Shown in pieces: positions 8,467 through 10,832 of a stretch of 10,832 nucleotides of DNA (its first letter is position 1; every line of letters starts with the position of its first letter). Location: assembly GCF_006345805.1 (NCBI RefSeq), contig NW_021827354.1, positions 1-10,832 on the forward strand, in the 5' to 3' direction. The notes beneath the pieces were generated by a model. That model made no database searches, was not told the DNA's origin, and was given only the letters and a program-made list of their open reading frames with translations. Position numbers and translations under genes: made by a program. The DNA is from Octopus sinensis. Lineage: Eukaryota.

Positions 8467-9022
8467 TGAGTGAGAGAGCAGTGCATGCCATCAAAGTGAC
8501 ACTGGGGTAAAATATACGAAGCCCAGTATACCCATCATGACTACCCGTCTGATAAAGGTACACCAGGCACATGCATCACAACCACATGTGCGCGACATGG
8601 TGATCTCATATCAAGATAAACAACTCATGACCTTGCAGGTGGGGCCCAGTTAGAATTTTCTTCTGGTCGAGTAGCCCATCCCGCTCAAAGGGTCCCTGAA
8701 TAAGGGTTGTTTAAGGACGTTGAACGAAACACCCATTTTCCAGAGGTGAATTATTCAAACCCCAAAGAATCCCTCTCAACACATGGCTATGATGCTCCCC
8801 CACTACTTCTGATCGTGATCAGAGATGCACATATCGTCAGCCACTAAGGGACATGCTCAACTGGTTACGGTCAAACAACTGACAAGCAAATCTGTGGTAT
8901 TGAACAGAATATTTGCTGTAGCCTATCTTTTATACCAAGACAAAACAATGTACATGATAACACTTCCAATCAGTTAAGATCAGAAGCCATGAGAGCCACT
9001 GCCTGGTACTGCATCAGGGCAT
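8467..9022. mobile_element. ~555-bp non-coding interspersed repeat embedded in (TAT)n; probable non-autonomous retroelement or LINE UTR
   Basis: Sharp shift to higher GC between TAT runs on both sides, no ORF and no tRNA boxes. I recognise the sequence (gagtgagagagcagtgcatgcc...gcatcagggc) as a high-copy octopus repeat. Orientation is unresolved. Confidence 0.65.
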
Positions 9023-9039
9023 GCTTACTGCATCATTAA

Positions 9040-9040
<1 letters not shown>

Positions 9041-9095
<55 letters not shown>

Positions 9096-9139
9096 GTTTT
9101 ATCATTATTATTATTATATTATTATTATTATTATTATTA

Positions 9140-9176
<37 letters not shown>
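9041..9176. repeat. (TAT)n followed by (TGT)n
   Basis: Direct observation. Confidence 0.97.
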
Positions 9177-9327
9177 GATTTTACACTCTAAGGAGCCAGG
9201 AAAGAAACTGTAACATCGGATGGTATTTTTTCGGAATATACCATAAGACGGACCATCGGAAGAAACCGGCCTTGACACTTTATAGAGAAGAACGCGTTAT
9301 CTGCCTAGATATTCATATCCCTCTCTT

Positions 9328-9330
<3 letters not shown>

Positions 9331-9397
<67 letters not shown>
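9331..9397. repeat. (CT)n-(AT)n microsatellite
   Basis: Direct observation. Confidence 0.97.
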
Positions 9398-9398
<1 letters not shown>

Positions 9399-9519
9399 CA
9401 CCGTCTTAAGCATGCAATGAACAAAATAAATTCATTATAAATTCATCCTATCGTAAAATCGAAGAAAACCTTAAATTGAAGGACAGATTCCAAATACATA
9501 TGGTAAATAATCATATACG

Positions 9520-9591
9520 AAATATAAGTCGAAACTACACCTGATTATATATACACTTTAGATGAGTTGTAGTGCACCTGAGCACTGTACA

Positions 9592-9635
<44 letters not shown>

Positions 9636-9643
9636 TATTATTA
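9520..9643 (+). mobile_element. Possible non-LTR retrotransposon 3' end with (ATT)n tail
   Basis: actaca...tgtagt and gtgc-acctga-gcac stem-loops immediately before an (ATT)n run at ~9593-9643. Family not identified. Confidence 0.4.
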
Positions 9644-9921
9644 ATACATTAAAATTAAAATATCTATCGTAATCTATACAAAACTCTTTACAGGCTTATA
9701 TAGCAAACTTAAACATTCTTCCTCATAAAAGAATCGTCCGGGGTGGGGTTTTTTGTCATCGCTCACTTGCCAATTACGCTACAGGTTGAAACCTACCTTA
9801 TGTACCGGCACAGGCACCGCCGCCGCCCCCAACCACCACCACCACCGTTACGATCACCAGACCTTCTCCTCTTCCTGCTCCTCCTTCCCTTCCTCTTTTC
9901 CTCCTCCACCTCCTCTTCTTC

Positions 9922-9922
9922 A

Positions 9923-9975
<53 letters not shown>

Positions 9976-9993
9976 ATACTAATACTACTACTA
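9922..9993. repeat. (TAC)n microsatellite, preceded by (CCA)n/CT-rich low-complexity sequence
   Basis: Direct observation; explains the poly-Y and poly-T tracts in ORFs 9743 and 9753. Confidence 0.97.
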
Positions 9994-10424
9994 CATACTT
10001 CGCTAACTTCCTTAGTTGTTAGAACCGGTTCAGAGCGGAGTTAATCTAGAGATAGGTTATTGGTGAACGTGTGATCGTCAGGTGACCTTTGACCTTGTCA
10101 ATAACTGGCAATCATGTTCACAGCAGCTGTCGTACTGCCTTGTGTTGCCTTAGCTAATCAATTTCTTCTAGTGTCAATGTCACTTTGTCCACTTTTGACC
10201 AAATTTGGTATCGCCACAAACTACTGGTCATTACGCTCTCGTTTCTTTCCATACATGCGTTTCTCTTCACATATTTATATGTGCATAAATGTTTAATCAG
10301 GGACACACATACAAACACATATGCATATATCCATCCACACACATGCGTATATATATATATATATATACACACATATGTACAATACGCACGAATATACAAA
10401 TGTATTTATGCACACATATACATG

Positions 10425-10778
10425 CATCATCATCATCATCATCATCATCGTTTAACGTCCGTTCTCCATGCTAGCATGGGTTGGACGGTTCGACCGGGGA
10501 TCTGGGAAGCCAGAAGGCTGCACCAGGCAATGTTTCTACAGCTTGATGCCCTTCCTAACGCCAACCACTCCGTGAGTGTAGTGGGTGCTTTTTACGTGCC
10601 ACCTGCACTAGAGGCAGGCATCGGCCACGGTCGGATTGGTGCATTTTACGTGCCACCTGCACGGAAGCCAGTCGAGGCGGCACTGGCTTCGGCGACGATT
10701 CGGATGGTGCTTTTTACGTGCCACCGACACGGAAGCCATTCGAGGCGGCGCTGGTATCGGCCACGATTCGGATAGTGC
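10425..10778 (-). mobile_element. SINE-like / RTE-tail-like retroposon 3' portion with (GAT)n tail and internal tandem repeats
   Basis: Minus strand ends ...gtggttggcgttaggaagggcatcaagctgtagaaac...ggacgttaaacgatgatgatg. (CAT)n occupies 10425-10448 on the plus strand. Repeat units GGTGCTTTTTACGTGCCACC start at 10584, 10638 and 10706, with a partial unit at 10774. The RTE affinity is from recall. Confidence 0.75.
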
Positions 10779-10784
10779 ACATAC

Positions 10785-10832
<48 letters not shown>

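Noticed and set aside
8780-8850. CTGACGA on the minus strand within the 555-bp element (also at ~10075-10081)
   Set aside because: No correctly placed GAAA, stem III or NUH triplet with a pairing stem I, so not hammerheads.
9178-9330. Checked for the upstream continuation of the PLE RT core
   Set aside because: Minus-strand frames contain early stops and no RT motifs; the PLE appears truncated at ~8455.
10185-10775. 196-aa ORF with a poly-His tract
   Set aside because: It consists of microsatellite, the antisense (CAT)n tail and the antisense body of a SINE-like repeat. Not a gene.
10584-10778. Repeat-spacer-like periodicity suggestive of CRISPR
   Set aside because: The intervening sequences are homologous to each other rather than unique spacers, there are no cas genes, and the context is eukaryotic repeat DNA.

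Overview
AT-rich, microsatellite-dense eukaryotic non-coding DNA with no credible host protein-coding gene. Almost all supplied ORFs are translations of simple repeats. The repeat families resemble those I recognise from octopus/cephalopod genomes; this is pattern recognition, not a database result. The window is a stack of mobile-element remnants: (1) a decayed, 5'-truncated Penelope-like retroelement (PLE) on the minus strand (~6577-8450) with RT-thumb, linker motif and GIY-YIG endonuclease, interrupted by a Helentron-type HINE/DINE-1-like insertion (~7074-7434); (2) two type-I hammerhead-ribozyme-like motifs on opposite strands facing each other (5764-5853 +, 6001-6097 -) that share a 14-nt stem-II loop sequence; (3) a fold-back element with 144-bp, ~94% identical inverted arms around a telomere-like (CCCTAA)n core (2762-3183); (4) several tRNA-derived SINE fragments, a ~555-bp non-coding element embedded in (TAT)n, and a SINE-like element with a (GAT)n tail and internal 68-bp repeats.
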